DNA of 63,960 bases, filler included, from an uncultured Planctomycetaceae bacterium (GCA_963976765.1; 5 parts of 5 records of this genome joined end to end with filler, not necessarily neighbours in it), one strand, 5' to 3'. Positions 29,186 to 38,900 are shown, counted from the whole stretch's first letter. A program made the numbers and translations. Notes: a model not told the origin generated them from the sequence alone.

Positions 29186-30649
29186 CTATTCGCTGTGCGC
29201 TGGCACAGGATTCGTCAACGGTAAACCAGACTGAATGCCAGCTTCAGGAAATTCGTGAGTAGGCGCTGGTGTCGGAGCTGACGCCAGCTCGCAGCCGATG
29301 ACGCGTTCGAGTGAAGCCAGTGTCTGAGCGAGGCTGGCTTCCAGACGCGCGACCTGTACGTGGAACATCAGCAGGTCGCTCCAGTTGTCCAGGAGCTGCT
29401 GGAAGTCGACTTTGTTGACTCGATAGTCGGCAGTGGAAACGCGCAGGGCCTGCTCTGTCTTCGGAATCATGCTGCCTTTGAACAGGTCGAGCTGTTGCTG
29501 AATCGCGTCGATCTGAACCATCAGACGGCGGATCATCCGGAACGTGTCGTCGAGCGTTGATTCGTAACGGCGCGCGTTCTCCAGCGACCGCTGCTCCCAC
29601 TCGCGAACGCCCGCATCGAGCTTGTCGCGCCAGATCGGCAGGTTGATGCCGACCGTCATCATCAGGTTGTCGTTGCCGTTGGAAACTCGCGAGATGGCGT
29701 CGTTAGTGGTGACAGCCTGCCAGCCCAGTCCTGCGGTGATGTCCGGGTAGTAATTCAACTCGGCAACATCACGCGCCCGCTGCGACTTCTGCATCGCGTA
29801 AAAACGCTCCTGCAGTTCCGGACGGCACTCGGCCGCCATCTGGTAAAGCTGTTCGATCTGTTCCGGAGCGGATGGGATATCGACGTCCGACGTTGCTAGC
29901 AGATTAGACTCGGGTGAGATATGCAGGACTCGCGCAATGTCCGCCTGCGACTGCCGCAGCTGACGACGCAAAGTAATCAACCGGTCGTCGATCTTATTGA
30001 GTTCAACCTGAGCGCGCAGCACATCCTGCTGACTGGCCGCTCCCGTGCGATAACGGGCTTCCGCAATCTGCAACAGGTCGCGCAGGAGTGCTCCGTCCTC
30101 TTCCGTGATCGCAATCGCCCGCTGGCTGAACTGCATCTCGTAGTAGGAAAGTCGAACGTCTTCGGTGACCTTCAGCTCAGCCTGGGCCAGACGAGTCATC
30201 GCGATCTGAACGTCCTGCTCAGCCACCTGACCGCGGGCATCGAGCTTGCCGAACCACGGAAACTTCTGCGAGAGACTCAACGTGTTGGGAGCCCGTCCCG
30301 CAGCCGTCTGCACGCTGTAATTATCGAACGGCTGGAGCGTGTCGACGAGCATCGGGTCATCCAGCGCGACGACCTGCGGAATCACCGCCGACGAGGCATT
30401 GATTGCCCGCTGTGCCGCCAGAATCTCCGGGTTCTGCCCGAGTGCGATCTGCACGTAAAAGCCGAGCGGATGTTCGCCCTCGAACTCCGCGTTCGTCTGG
30501 ATCAGCTCCGGGACGTGCGAGACCTCATGATGGACGACCTGGTGAATATTCTGTTCGGTGGCGACGTAGTGCGGGTCCGACTGCGGCGCACTGGCGCAGC
30601 CGGCTACTAAGGTGATCACCAGAACCACAACGCATCCTATGCGTTTCAT
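29186..30649 (-). CDS. TolC-family outer-membrane efflux lipoprotein (CusC/CzcC-like)
   Basis: Lipobox VAGC; QNPEILAA, SQKFPWFGKL, YYPDIT, INLPIWR; helical OEP repeats. Confidence 0.88.
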   Translation of the reverse strand: MKRIGCVVVLVITLVAGCASAPQSDPHYVATEQNIHQVVHHEVSHVPELIQTNAEFEGEHPLGFYVQIALGQNPEILAAQRAINASSAVIPQVVALDDPMLVDTLQPFDNYSVQTAAGRAPNTLSLSQKFPWFGKLDARGQVAEQDVQIAMTRLAQAELKVTEDVRLSYYEMQFSQRAIAITEEDGALLRDLLQIAEARYRTGAASQQDVLRAQVELNKIDDRLITLRRQLRQSQADIARVLHISPESNLLATSDVDIPSAPEQIEQLYQMAAECRPELQERFYAMQKSQRARDVAELNYYPDITAGLGWQAVTTNDAISRVSNGNDNLMMTVGINLPIWRDKLDAGVREWEQRSLENARRYESTLDDTFRMIRRLMVQIDAIQQQLDLFKGSMIPKTEQALRVSTADYRVNKVDFQQLLDNWSDLLMFHVQVARLEASLAQTLASLERVIGCELASAPTPAPTHEFPEAGIQSGLPLTNPVPAHSE

Positions 30650-31098
30650 CGTGCAACTCCATTTGCAGCATCACTTTCGGCGGGTTCCGGGTTCCACGCA
30701 CAGTCGCGCTCGGTCCAGCCATTCCTGCCGATTTCGCTTTGAATCGGCTGTATCGATCTTCCGGCTTGAAGATGATCGCGGAGAGCAGCAGGTTGATTCC
30801 GAACCTATCTCCAAGGCGCGTCACAGCTTACCGCCGGGCGATGTGGCTCATTTGCCCGGCACGAGGGGCGAATTCGCCCGTTTGGCCGGTTGTCCGGTGG
30901 AGCTGACGGCTGTCAACAGGCCCGTGGCCTCACACCGGCAGGTAAGGTAGGATGAGTCGCACGAGCCGCGATCAGAAATGCAGGTCCAGGTGTTACTTCC
31001 ACTGGACAATGAGAAATGCCGATACAACTCAGACCAAGGAGTTGGATTGTCGAAGCTGAGGAGCCTGAACGCTCATGGGACGTGTTGGAAACGGACAA

Positions 31099-32109
31099 AT
31101 GACGGACGTTGATTCACTCCAGAGGCTGTTCCGAGCCTACCGGGATAACAACGATGCGGCCTTTCGAAAAATAGCCGAATCAATCATTGCTGATCACCTG
31201 GCCGCCAATCATCACGACGTCGCAAAACATCTTCGGTCGGCTTTGGGAACCGAATCAAAGAAACAGGCCAGTGGAACGTCAGCCGGTCTCACGGCGCTTC
31301 CCAGAGACCGACGCTCTGGCGAGCAGTTGCTCACGATCTATCACGAGCCTGCGAGTTCCGAGCATCTGCTGCTTGATGCATCGACGCTGGGACGCATCGA
31401 TCGCGTTATCAACGAACGACGCAACGCCGGTAAGCTCGCACGATATGGATACGCCCCAAAGTCAAAACTGCTGTTCTGGGGACCGCCTGGTTGCGGCAAG
31501 ACGCTAACGGCTCATCACCTGGCGAATCAGTTCAACCTCAAGGTTGGAGTCGTTCGCCTGAGCGCGCTGATCTCAAGCTATCTGGGCGATACGGCGGCTC
31601 ACCTCCAGCAGGTGTTCGACATCGCTCAGGAATCGCCGATGGTGATCCTCTTTGACGAGATCGACTCGATTGCCAAGAACCGGGATGACACCAGAGACGT
31701 CGGCGAACTGAAACGCGTGGTCAACAGCCTGCTGCAGGCGATGGATACTTTTGCCGCACCAGACAGCATTCTGATTGGTGCGAGCAACCACCAGTACCTG
31801 CTTGATCCGGCGATCTGGCGACGATTTGACGATGTTATTCTCTTCCCGATGCCATCACCGCAGTTGCGGTGCGCCTTCATTAAACATCACCTGAATGGCA
31901 TTTCGTTCAAGGGTTCATTCGATACCATTGCCAAAAAGATGAGCGGTCTGTCATTCGCTCAGATTGAACAGGTACTGGTCGAAGCCATTAAGTCGATGAT
32001 TCTGGAAGACCGCGGGCAGCTCACGCCGCAGCAGGTGTCTGCAGAATTGAAGTACATGCAGAAGATGGTGGCGGCGACGGAGCGCGAACGGACGCTGGAA
32101 GATGAATGA
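31099..32109 (+). CDS. ietA: AAA+ ATPase of an IetAS-type ATPase/protease system
   Basis: GPPGCGKT, LISSYLGDT, FDEIDSIA..RDD..DVGELKRVVNSLLQ, LDPAIWRRFD; overlaps the S8 gene. Confidence 0.85.
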   Translation: MTDVDSLQRLFRAYRDNNDAAFRKIAESIIADHLAANHHDVAKHLRSALGTESKKQASGTSAGLTALPRDRRSGEQLLTIYHEPASSEHLLLDASTLGRIDRVINERRNAGKLARYGYAPKSKLLFWGPPGCGKTLTAHHLANQFNLKVGVVRLSALISSYLGDTAAHLQQVFDIAQESPMVILFDEIDSIAKNRDDTRDVGELKRVVNSLLQAMDTFAAPDSILIGASNHQYLLDPAIWRRFDDVILFPMPSPQLRCAFIKHHLNGISFKGSFDTIAKKMSGLSFAQIEQVLVEAIKSMILEDRGQLTPQQVSAELKYMQKMVAATERERTLEDE

Positions 32110-34498
32110 GGATTTCCCGCCAAGAGCCCTTCCATCCCCAATCTATCGCCAGCGCCGACCAGATACGCCACAGCCAGTTCCGCTTCCACCAGCCCTTCGT
32201 GCCAGGCGTGCTGAAGTCGCCCGTGTGCTGGGCGTCAAAATTGACGGCCTTAATCAGCACTTGAAGAGCCTGACCGATGACCAGCGGAAGGCTGTGTTCT
32301 ACAAGGTGACACACGATGGCCCCGTTTCACTCTCCGGCACGGGCTTGAAGCCACTGGTTGATAAGTCACCGAGAGTGACGCTGGCGGTGCCTAAGGGCGA
32401 TAACCTTGACGCCTTCGCAGACAAGCTCACCGAGCTGGCTGGTGCGCCAGACGATCAGGACTTTCCCCGAAATCAGCAGTTGGTCCGTATCGAAGACGTC
32501 GAACCTGCAGACCCGAGAGACAGACTGAGCGACGAGCTGCATTCCAGTTACGACACGCTCGTTACCCAGCCCCGCGTCATCTGCGAGATCGAACTCCTGT
32601 CTCTTGCTCCGGGAAAGAATCAGCGTCAACAGGAGATAGCGTCGGCACTGGTTGAACTGAACAACGCCTTCGCCCACGGCGTTCATGGGACACTGTTTGA
32701 GCATGACACGCGAGACGGAATCTGCCGCGCTGTCATCCGGGCCACAGGCGAGATGTTTCGGCGACTGGTGGAAGAAGACAAGTGGCTGCGGGTTATCTCG
32801 TGGTTTGAACCACGACCGCAATTCGAGACATTTCAGACTGTCTGGAAGGATTTCGCATTCGACAGGCTGTCGCTGATCCAGCCTCCACCTGACGATGCAC
32901 CAACGATCTGTATTGTCGATTCCGGAGTCTCGCCGGGGAATCCGTTTCTTCAACCGGTCACACGTGAAGAGCTGTTGAAGTCGTTCCTGAAACACGCTCC
33001 CGATCACCCGTACGATGAAAACGGGCACGGCTCCGGCGTCGCGTCACTGGCCGCTTACCACAGCCTCGATCTCTCCGAGGGTGGACAGAACAATGCCAGG
33101 GCGTGGATTGCAGGTGCCCGTATTCTCGCGGCAGACAATCAGATTGAAGAGGACCGGCTCTTCTCCAAACTGCTGGAAGAAGTTGTTGAAGAATTCGCCC
33201 CGCGAGGAGTCAGAATCTTCAACCTGTCCGTCGCGGACCTCGCCAGAAAGTGGAATCAGGACGAGAAGCGGACACAACCACGGACTTCCTGGACAGCGAG
33301 AACGATCGACCGCCTGAGTCGAGAACACGACGTCGTCTTCGTCGTTTCTACTGGTAACATTCCGACGAATGAGATTCGAGATTACCTGCAGGACGGCACG
33401 CCCTATCCCGCATATCTGTGTGATCAGGACGCCCGCATACTCGATCCTGGACAGGCCGGCCTTGCTCTCAGTGTTGGTTCGATTGCTCCGGGGACGTTGG
33501 TCACATCATCCCCGGATACCGCAATCGCTCAGGCGTTCGAACCGTCGCCATTTACTCGCTCTGGTCCGGGAATCAAGGGTGACATCAAGCCCGAACTGGT
33601 CGAGTTCGGCGGGAATCTGGTCCGCGACGAGGGACCTCACGTCGTCCGGGCAAACCCTTCGACGAACGTGGTCATGGCCAGCCATCAGCTCACGCCAGCG
33701 GTGACCCACACATTTGGAACCAGCTTCGCTGCGCCGAGAGTCGCCCACAAACTGGCTGTGCTGTTGCAGGAACTACAAGAACTGGGGATCGACCCTCCGA
33801 TCGCCCCGCTCTTGAAAGCCTTTCTGGTCAACTCAGCATCCTATCGTCGTGACTCGGAGAGCGTTGTCGCCGGACTGAACGAAGTGCAAAAGGATGGTGC
33901 CCTCAATGTTCTTGGATACGGTTTTCCAGAACCCTCTCGTGCCACAGATTGCGACGACTACTCGATCCTGCTTTTTCATCAGGGAAAGATCGAACCGAAT
34001 CAGGTTGCGTTCTTCAGTATCCCCGTGCCGGCCGTGCTCGCCGAATCATCTGACCGGAAACGGCTCTCGGTCACTGTGTGTCACTACCCCGAGGTCCAGA
34101 AGTGGGGACTGGAGAACTATTTCGGTGTGGACTTGAAGTGGCGAATGTTTCGGGGCGACGTTGACCGTGACGCCGTTGTCAACGCCATGTCGACTGACAA
34201 TGACGATGAGGCCGATCGGCCCGCACTACCAGACGAACTCCCATTCGCACATCGCGTAGCTCGGCGATCGCGCGGTACGGTTCAACACGACTGGCATGAA
34301 TGGGCTCAACACCGGGAAGGCTACAGTTCAGATCACTACACCCTCGCGGTGGCTGCGTATTCGAAGTGGCAACGAAAGAGCGAGGCCACTCCATTCGCCA
34401 TCGTCGTCAGGCTGGAAGACCTCGGAGGCACAGTGCAGGTCTACAACCACGTCGTAGCCGAACTTGACGTTCTGATTGAGCAGCAGATTGAAACCTGA
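32102..34498 (+). CDS. ietS: S8 (subtilisin-like) serine protease of an IetAS-type system
   Basis: Catalytic triad IVDSG / HGSGVA / GTSFAAP; SPFTRSGPG..IKPELVEFGGN; no signal peptide. Confidence 0.85.
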   Translation: MNEDFPPRALPSPIYRQRRPDTPQPVPLPPALRARRAEVARVLGVKIDGLNQHLKSLTDDQRKAVFYKVTHDGPVSLSGTGLKPLVDKSPRVTLAVPKGDNLDAFADKLTELAGAPDDQDFPRNQQLVRIEDVEPADPRDRLSDELHSSYDTLVTQPRVICEIELLSLAPGKNQRQQEIASALVELNNAFAHGVHGTLFEHDTRDGICRAVIRATGEMFRRLVEEDKWLRVISWFEPRPQFETFQTVWKDFAFDRLSLIQPPPDDAPTICIVDSGVSPGNPFLQPVTREELLKSFLKHAPDHPYDENGHGSGVASLAAYHSLDLSEGGQNNARAWIAGARILAADNQIEEDRLFSKLLEEVVEEFAPRGVRIFNLSVADLARKWNQDEKRTQPRTSWTARTIDRLSREHDVVFVVSTGNIPTNEIRDYLQDGTPYPAYLCDQDARILDPGQAGLALSVGSIAPGTLVTSSPDTAIAQAFEPSPFTRSGPGIKGDIKPELVEFGGNLVRDEGPHVVRANPSTNVVMASHQLTPAVTHTFGTSFAAPRVAHKLAVLLQELQELGIDPPIAPLLKAFLVNSASYRRDSESVVAGLNEVQKDGALNVLGYGFPEPSRATDCDDYSILLFHQGKIEPNQVAFFSIPVPAVLAESSDRKRLSVTVCHYPEVQKWGLENYFGVDLKWRMFRGDVDRDAVVNAMSTDNDDEADRPALPDELPFAHRVARRSRGTVQHDWHEWAQHREGYSSDHYTLAVAAYSKWQRKSEATPFAIVVRLEDLGGTVQVYNHVVAELDVLIEQQIET

Positions 34499-34542
34499 TT
34501 CCAAGACATGCAAAGTCTCTGGCAGGATCAACGCGTCGAAGG

Positions 34543-34673
34543 CTATGTCTGCTTCTCGAACAAGGTGTCGTGAACGCCGAAGCGGATTTTGGTTTCTTTG
34601 GCGGTGCAGTAGAGGACCGGGACGACGAGCATGGTCATGATTTCGATCGTCATGCCGCCAAAGCTGGGGATGG
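34543..34673 (-). CDS. 3' end of a CusA/CzcA-family RND efflux permease, partial
   Basis: Own translation IPSFGGMTIEIMTMLVVPVLYC...* matches the last TM helix of CusA-type proteins. Confidence 0.75.
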
Positions 34674-34773
34674 NNNNNNNNNNNNNNNNNNNNNNNNNNN
34701 NNNNNNNNNNNNNNNNNTTAATTAATTAANNNNNNNNNNNNNNNNNNNNNNNNNNNNNNNNNNNNNNNNNNNN
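34674..34773. other. Artificial contig linker
   Basis: N-TTAATTAATTAA-N. Confidence 0.98.
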
Positions 34774-34798
34774 TGTCATCCTTGCCGGAATAGGTAGC

Positions 34799-36245
34799 CG
34801 GTTCACCCCCACGGGAGTGGGGACAGCCCTAGAGCGTTTATGTATTACCCCGTTCCATTCGGTTCACCCCCACGGGAGTGGGGACAGCCTGTGTCACTGC
34901 CATCGCTGTAGACAATCCAACCGGTTCACCCCCACGGGAGTGGGGACAGCGCGGATTGCTGGCATTTGTCACACTCGCCGGCCGGTTCACCCCCACGGGA
35001 GTGGGGACAGCTTTCAAGGCAATCCACTCGGTCGAACTGCATCTCGGTTCACCCCCACGGGAGTGGGGACAGCTGGTTGATGACTCCCTGATTCGTCGGC
35101 CAGCCCGGTTCACCCCCACGGGAGTGGGGACAGCTCAGACTGAAGAGGTGGTTCCCTTCAGGATTCCCGGTTCACCCCCACGGGAGTGGGGACAGCTTTA
35201 ATGAAGACATCAGCATCGCCGAGCACCGGCGGTTCACCCCCACGGGAGTGGGGACAGCTCGAGGCCCGATCGTTGGACAGTCGTTCGGGTTCGGTTCACC
35301 CCCACGGGAGTGGGGACAGCTCCGGACTAATGGTATTTTTTTAGACCATCTGGCGGTTCACCCCCACGGGAGTGGGGACAGCGCTTCCATCATCAATCAC
35401 GATGATCATTGCAGGCGGTTCACCCCCACGGGAGTGGGGACAGCTATTTCCTCAGGCGATGGGCACGCCGGCTGAACGGTTCACCCCCACGGGAGTGGGG
35501 ACAGCGTGATGGCATGAACCAGGCCCTGCATCGGCACCGGTTCACCCCCACGGGAGTGGGGACAGCAAGGGGCTCCTAAAGCCAAGGAAACGTGTTCACC
35601 GGTTCACCCCCACGGGAGTGGGGACAGCGCTTCCATTGCGTCTCGTGCGGTCATGTTCCCCTGGTTCACCCCCACGGGAGTGGGGACAGCCGCGTTGGCC
35701 GGCGATGCTGACAGGTTGCCGACGGTTCACCCCCACGGGAGTGGGGACAGCCGGAATGTGCCAACTCGCCGCCGCCGTCCAGACGGTTCACCCCCACGGG
35801 AGTGGGGACAGCGTTATTCCCGTTTCCTTGACCCCGAAAATCTACGGTTCACCCCCACGGGAGTGGGGACAGCTTCAAGTCTCAGCGTCAACACGAACGG
35901 CGATATCGGTTCACCCCCACGGGAGTGGGGACAGCGAAAGAAAAGGCACAACGGGAGCTGGCGACAACGGTTCACCCCCACGGGAGTGGGGACAGCTGGA
36001 ATAGCCTGTCTCTTCCAGCATTTTCTGAACGGTTCACCCCCACGGGAGTGGGGACAGCGCGTTGGCCGTGAATGCTGACGGACTATCATTCCGGTTCACC
36101 CCCACGGGAGTGGGGACAGCGTTTTCGATGGCGATGGATGAATCGCCGATGCGTGCGGTTCACCCCCACGGGAGTGGGGACAGCGTACGGAATCCCGTGC
36201 ATTCGCAATCGGTTCTCGGTTCACCCCCACGGGAGTGGGGACAGC
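34799..36245 (-). CRISPR. Type I-E CRISPR array: 24 repeats of 29 bp, 23 complete spacers, truncated by the contig end
   Basis: Repeat CGGTTCACCCCCACGGGAGTGGGGACAGC on +, i.e. GCTGTCCCCACTCCCGTGGGGGTGAACCG on -, ending AACCG as in I-E. Spacers: 10 x 32, 12 x 33, 1 x 35 bp; partial spacer at 34774-34798. Confidence 0.99.
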
Positions 36246-36258
36246 CTCAATATCCTGG

Positions 36259-36537
36259 TCACTGAGTCGGAATGGACACAAGATGTAGCCCTTCGAACTC
36301 AACCATTTCTCGGGATGTGTCGCCGAAGGTGCGAAATTGAAAGCCCTGTTCGGTCGGTGATCGCCAGGCCTGAAAACCGGAACCGGTCCGGCTGTCTTTA
36401 AGTGCTTTCTTCCACAACTCATCACGAATCCTCGCGGTCATGCTGCCAAGGAATATCCCGGCCTTCGGTTCGATCATCCAGCGACTCAGATCGCCCCTCA
36501 GACTCACCGGCACCTTTTCCAGAATCATTATTACCAT
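36259..36537 (-). CDS. cas2: Type I-E Cas2
   Basis: MVIMILEKVPVSLRGDLSRWMIEPKAGIFLG..TARIRDELW...EQGF...VEFEGLHLV. Confidence 0.95.
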   Translation of the reverse strand: MVIMILEKVPVSLRGDLSRWMIEPKAGIFLGSMTARIRDELWKKALKDSRTGSGFQAWRSPTEQGFQFRTFGDTSREMVEFEGLHLVSIPTQ

Positions 36538-37348
36538 GAAGCACCTCCCGAATATCAGGCACCAGCCGTTCAAGAAACTGAGTCTTGCGAAACAGATCGC
36601 GGCAGGCATGTCGAACGCGGCTTTCGACGTTCTGATCGCTGTCAGCCACAGTCTGGAAGACCAGCGGCACAATCAGGTCGACCTTGTATAGGTCTGCCAC
36701 GTCGTAAACGAAGGAGAGCATTTTGCCCGTATGGACAAAGCCAATGGCTGCTGAGTAGCCCACGCTGACGATGCCGGAATGAACGATGCCATTCAGACAG
36801 GCACTGGCCGCAGACAACGCTCGATTGAGCGGATCGCCACGATTCCAGTTCTGGGCGTCATAGTTGCGGCCTGTCCACTGCACTCCGTATTCGGCAGCCA
36901 GCTTCTGATAAGCGCTTCGTACGCGATAGCCTTCCTTGCCGCGGATTGCCTGAATGTGCAGATCAGATTCAATTTTCTCGCCAAATCGTTTTTCGTACAT
37001 GCGGACTACGACCTGCCGACGCGTACGAAGATTCGCGGCCAGAGTCGCCTGTTCCATCAAATTGGATGAAAAGTGCGTGCCACCGCGCCCGTGACAGTAG
37101 AATCTCACGCCTTGCTCGCCCACCCAGACCACTGTGCAGTTACAGTCACCGAGGTTACAGATGGCTTTATGTGTGATCGTTGTTCCCGGTCCCAGCATCA
37201 GCAGAGCCAGATCGGCGGCTGGTATTGGCACTCGCTGCTTTTCCGTGACATAGGCCACGGATTTCGAGTCCTGTTCGATGTGTCCTTTTTCCAGGTACAG
37301 GTAAGACAGCCGGTCCTGAAACCGAGTGAGCTGCATCAGACTGTCCAT
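36422..37348 (-). CDS. cas1: Type I-E Cas1
   Basis: DRLSYLYLE, LMLGPGTTITH, WVGEQGVRFY, IRGKEGYRVR, W.GRNYD, GFVHTGKMLSFVYDVADLYK. Confidence 0.97.
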   Translation of the reverse strand: MDSLMQLTRFQDRLSYLYLEKGHIEQDSKSVAYVTEKQRVPIPAADLALLMLGPGTTITHKAICNLGDCNCTVVWVGEQGVRFYCHGRGGTHFSSNLMEQATLAANLRTRRQVVVRMYEKRFGEKIESDLHIQAIRGKEGYRVRSAYQKLAAEYGVQWTGRNYDAQNWNRGDPLNRALSAASACLNGIVHSGIVSVGYSAAIGFVHTGKMLSFVYDVADLYKVDLIVPLVFQTVADSDQNVESRVRHACRDLFRKTQFLERLVPDIREVLHGNNDSGKGAGESEGRSESLDDRTEGRDIPWQHDREDS

Positions 37349-37530
37349 TGAGTATTCCTCTCAGAGTGACCGAGACAGTCAGCGACCGTGTCCTGACGAC
37401 TCGTGTCCGACAAGTGACATTCATGAAAGGTGCAACAGCGGGTTACACTGCGTGACGTGAGTTCTGTTGCGGATTGATCCACGGATTGAGCGGACTGCTG
37501 ACGCAGACCGAAAAGTACGGGAGTGCGACC

Positions 37531-37809
37531 ATGACAAGCAGGAAAAAAGTGACCGCCACTGTGGTCAACGGATCGCTGCAACTCGATGAACCGGTCGACC
37601 TGCCGGATCAGAGCCGGGTTGATGTCACCATTGAAACCGGCGCTGCTGACAAGACTTCGCGACCTGAGTTATCAAAATCAGAAACAGCAGGACGGGATGT
37701 CCAGAGTCGTCGTGAGGCATTCGAGCGATTCCGCAAGCTGACCGAGGAGCATCCGCTGCACCTGGGAGGCCGGCGATTCACTCGCGAGGAACTCCATGAA
37801 CGCGATTGA
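37531..37809 (+). CDS. Antitoxin (AF2212/DUF104-like)
   Basis: VTATVVNGSLQLDEPVDLPDQSRVDVTIE; C-terminal FTREELHER; overlaps the PIN gene. Confidence 0.8.
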   Translation: MTSRKKVTATVVNGSLQLDEPVDLPDQSRVDVTIETGAADKTSRPELSKSETAGRDVQSRREAFERFRKLTEEHPLHLGGRRFTREELHERD

Positions 37810-38215
37810 CACGAATGTCTGGGTTTATTCGATCGACTACGACGAACCCCAAAGACGACAGCAGGCGATCGAACTGCTGAATCAGCTGGGACAGAAGCCG
37901 GAATCGACGGTAATGCCGTGGCAGGTCGCGAGCGAGTACCTGAACTGCCTGCGTCGCCACGCTCGTCAGGGACAGATTACAGAAGTGCAGGTGGTGCTCT
38001 ACCTGACGCAGGCGGTCGAATTGTTCCCACTGGTGACGCCCAGTGAATCAGTACTGCGAACGTCGCTCGATCTGTCATCACGTTACAGCCTTTCGCACTG
38101 GGACAGCATGCTGCTCGCAGCCTGTATCGATGCAGGCGTTGATACGCTCTACAGCGAAGATCTGGACGCCGGAATGACGTACGACACCGTCACGGTCGTT
38201 AATCCGTTTGCATGA
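37796..38215 (+). CDS. vapC: PIN-domain (VapC-like) toxin
   Basis: IDTNVWVY, QVASEY, SHWDSMLLAAC, LYSED, VVNPF. Confidence 0.9.
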   Translation: MNAIDTNVWVYSIDYDEPQRRQQAIELLNQLGQKPESTVMPWQVASEYLNCLRRHARQGQITEVQVVLYLTQAVELFPLVTPSESVLRTSLDLSSRYSLSHWDSMLLAACIDAGVDTLYSEDLDAGMTYDTVTVVNPFA

Positions 38216-38261
38216 CGGCTCGTCACGTCGTTCAGATCGCCTGTCCTGCCAGTCATCCAAT

Positions 38262-38900
38262 TCAAACCCGAGCCACACTTAGCAACCCAAACCCAAACGC
38301 CTTGGCACTGCCAATGCCTGACGCGAGCGTTTTGACTCGGAAGTCCTCGGGCTGTGTCACGATCAGGCGACCTTCAAACAGAGCCGATACGAACTTGAGT
38401 CGGCGTCCGTTGCCGTTGCTCGACTCTGCGGCCTGTTCAGGAGTGACCGTGAGGCTTGCCAGTCGGAAACCGTGTGACTCGGCCTTGCGATTCAGCCAGG
38501 CGGTCTGTTCGTCTTCTGTGAGCAGGCCATGCCGCTTACCTTCGCGCTTAACGGTTGGATTGGCTCGAAGTCGAAATACGAGCAACTGCCCATTCTGAAA
38601 GTGCAGTTCCGGAAGCGGCTTCGTCTGCATCGGCAGAATTCCTTCCGGGCAGTCCGTCGCCAAATAGTCCGGCGAACTGGTCGTCACTTTCCCCCAGTCC
38701 GGGCTCTTTTCGGATTGAACGAGCACGCGGCTGATGCCACTTCGCCGGTCAGTGTCCAGACGCCAGAGCATCAGCCCGGCCCCTCCATCGTCCTTGCCGG
38801 GCAAGGCACTCATTAGCGTTCGGTGCATTTCGTAGACGTCGTGCATGTCACGGCGTGCTGCCTTCGATCGCGGGTTCAGAATCAGCGATGACAAAAACAT
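38262..38900 (-). CDS. cas6e: Type I-E Cas6/Cse3/CasE
   Basis: YEMHRTLM, VLVQSEKSPDW, FRLRANPT, Gly-rich loop GIGSAKAFGFGLLS. Confidence 0.95.
   Translation of the reverse strand: MFLSSLILNPRSKAARRDMHDVYEMHRTLMSALPGKDDGGAGLMLWRLDTDRRSGISRVLVQSEKSPDWGKVTTSSPDYLATDCPEGILPMQTKPLPELHFQNGQLLVFRLRANPTVKREGKRHGLLTEDEQTAWLNRKAESHGFRLASLTVTPEQAAESSNGNGRRLKFVSALFEGRLIVTQPEDFRVKTLASGIGSAKAFGFGLLSVARV

Noticed and set aside
30650..30900. Possible sigma54 promoter upstream of tolC
   Set aside because: No convincing GG-N10-GC with TGGCAC/TTGC context was found by eye.
34774..36245. Self-targeting spacers within the window
   Set aside because: No full-length match noticed by eye (only a short TCCTTGCCGG coincidence with cas6e); needs BLAST.
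34817..36425. ORFs with repeated GSPPREWGQ / FTPTGVGTA
   Set aside because: Translations of CRISPR repeats.
37517..37529. ACGGGAGTGCGAC resembling part of the CRISPR repeat (CreA-like mini-array)
   Set aside because: Only 9 bp match, no second repeat or hairpin, and it coincides with the antitoxin ribosome-binding site.
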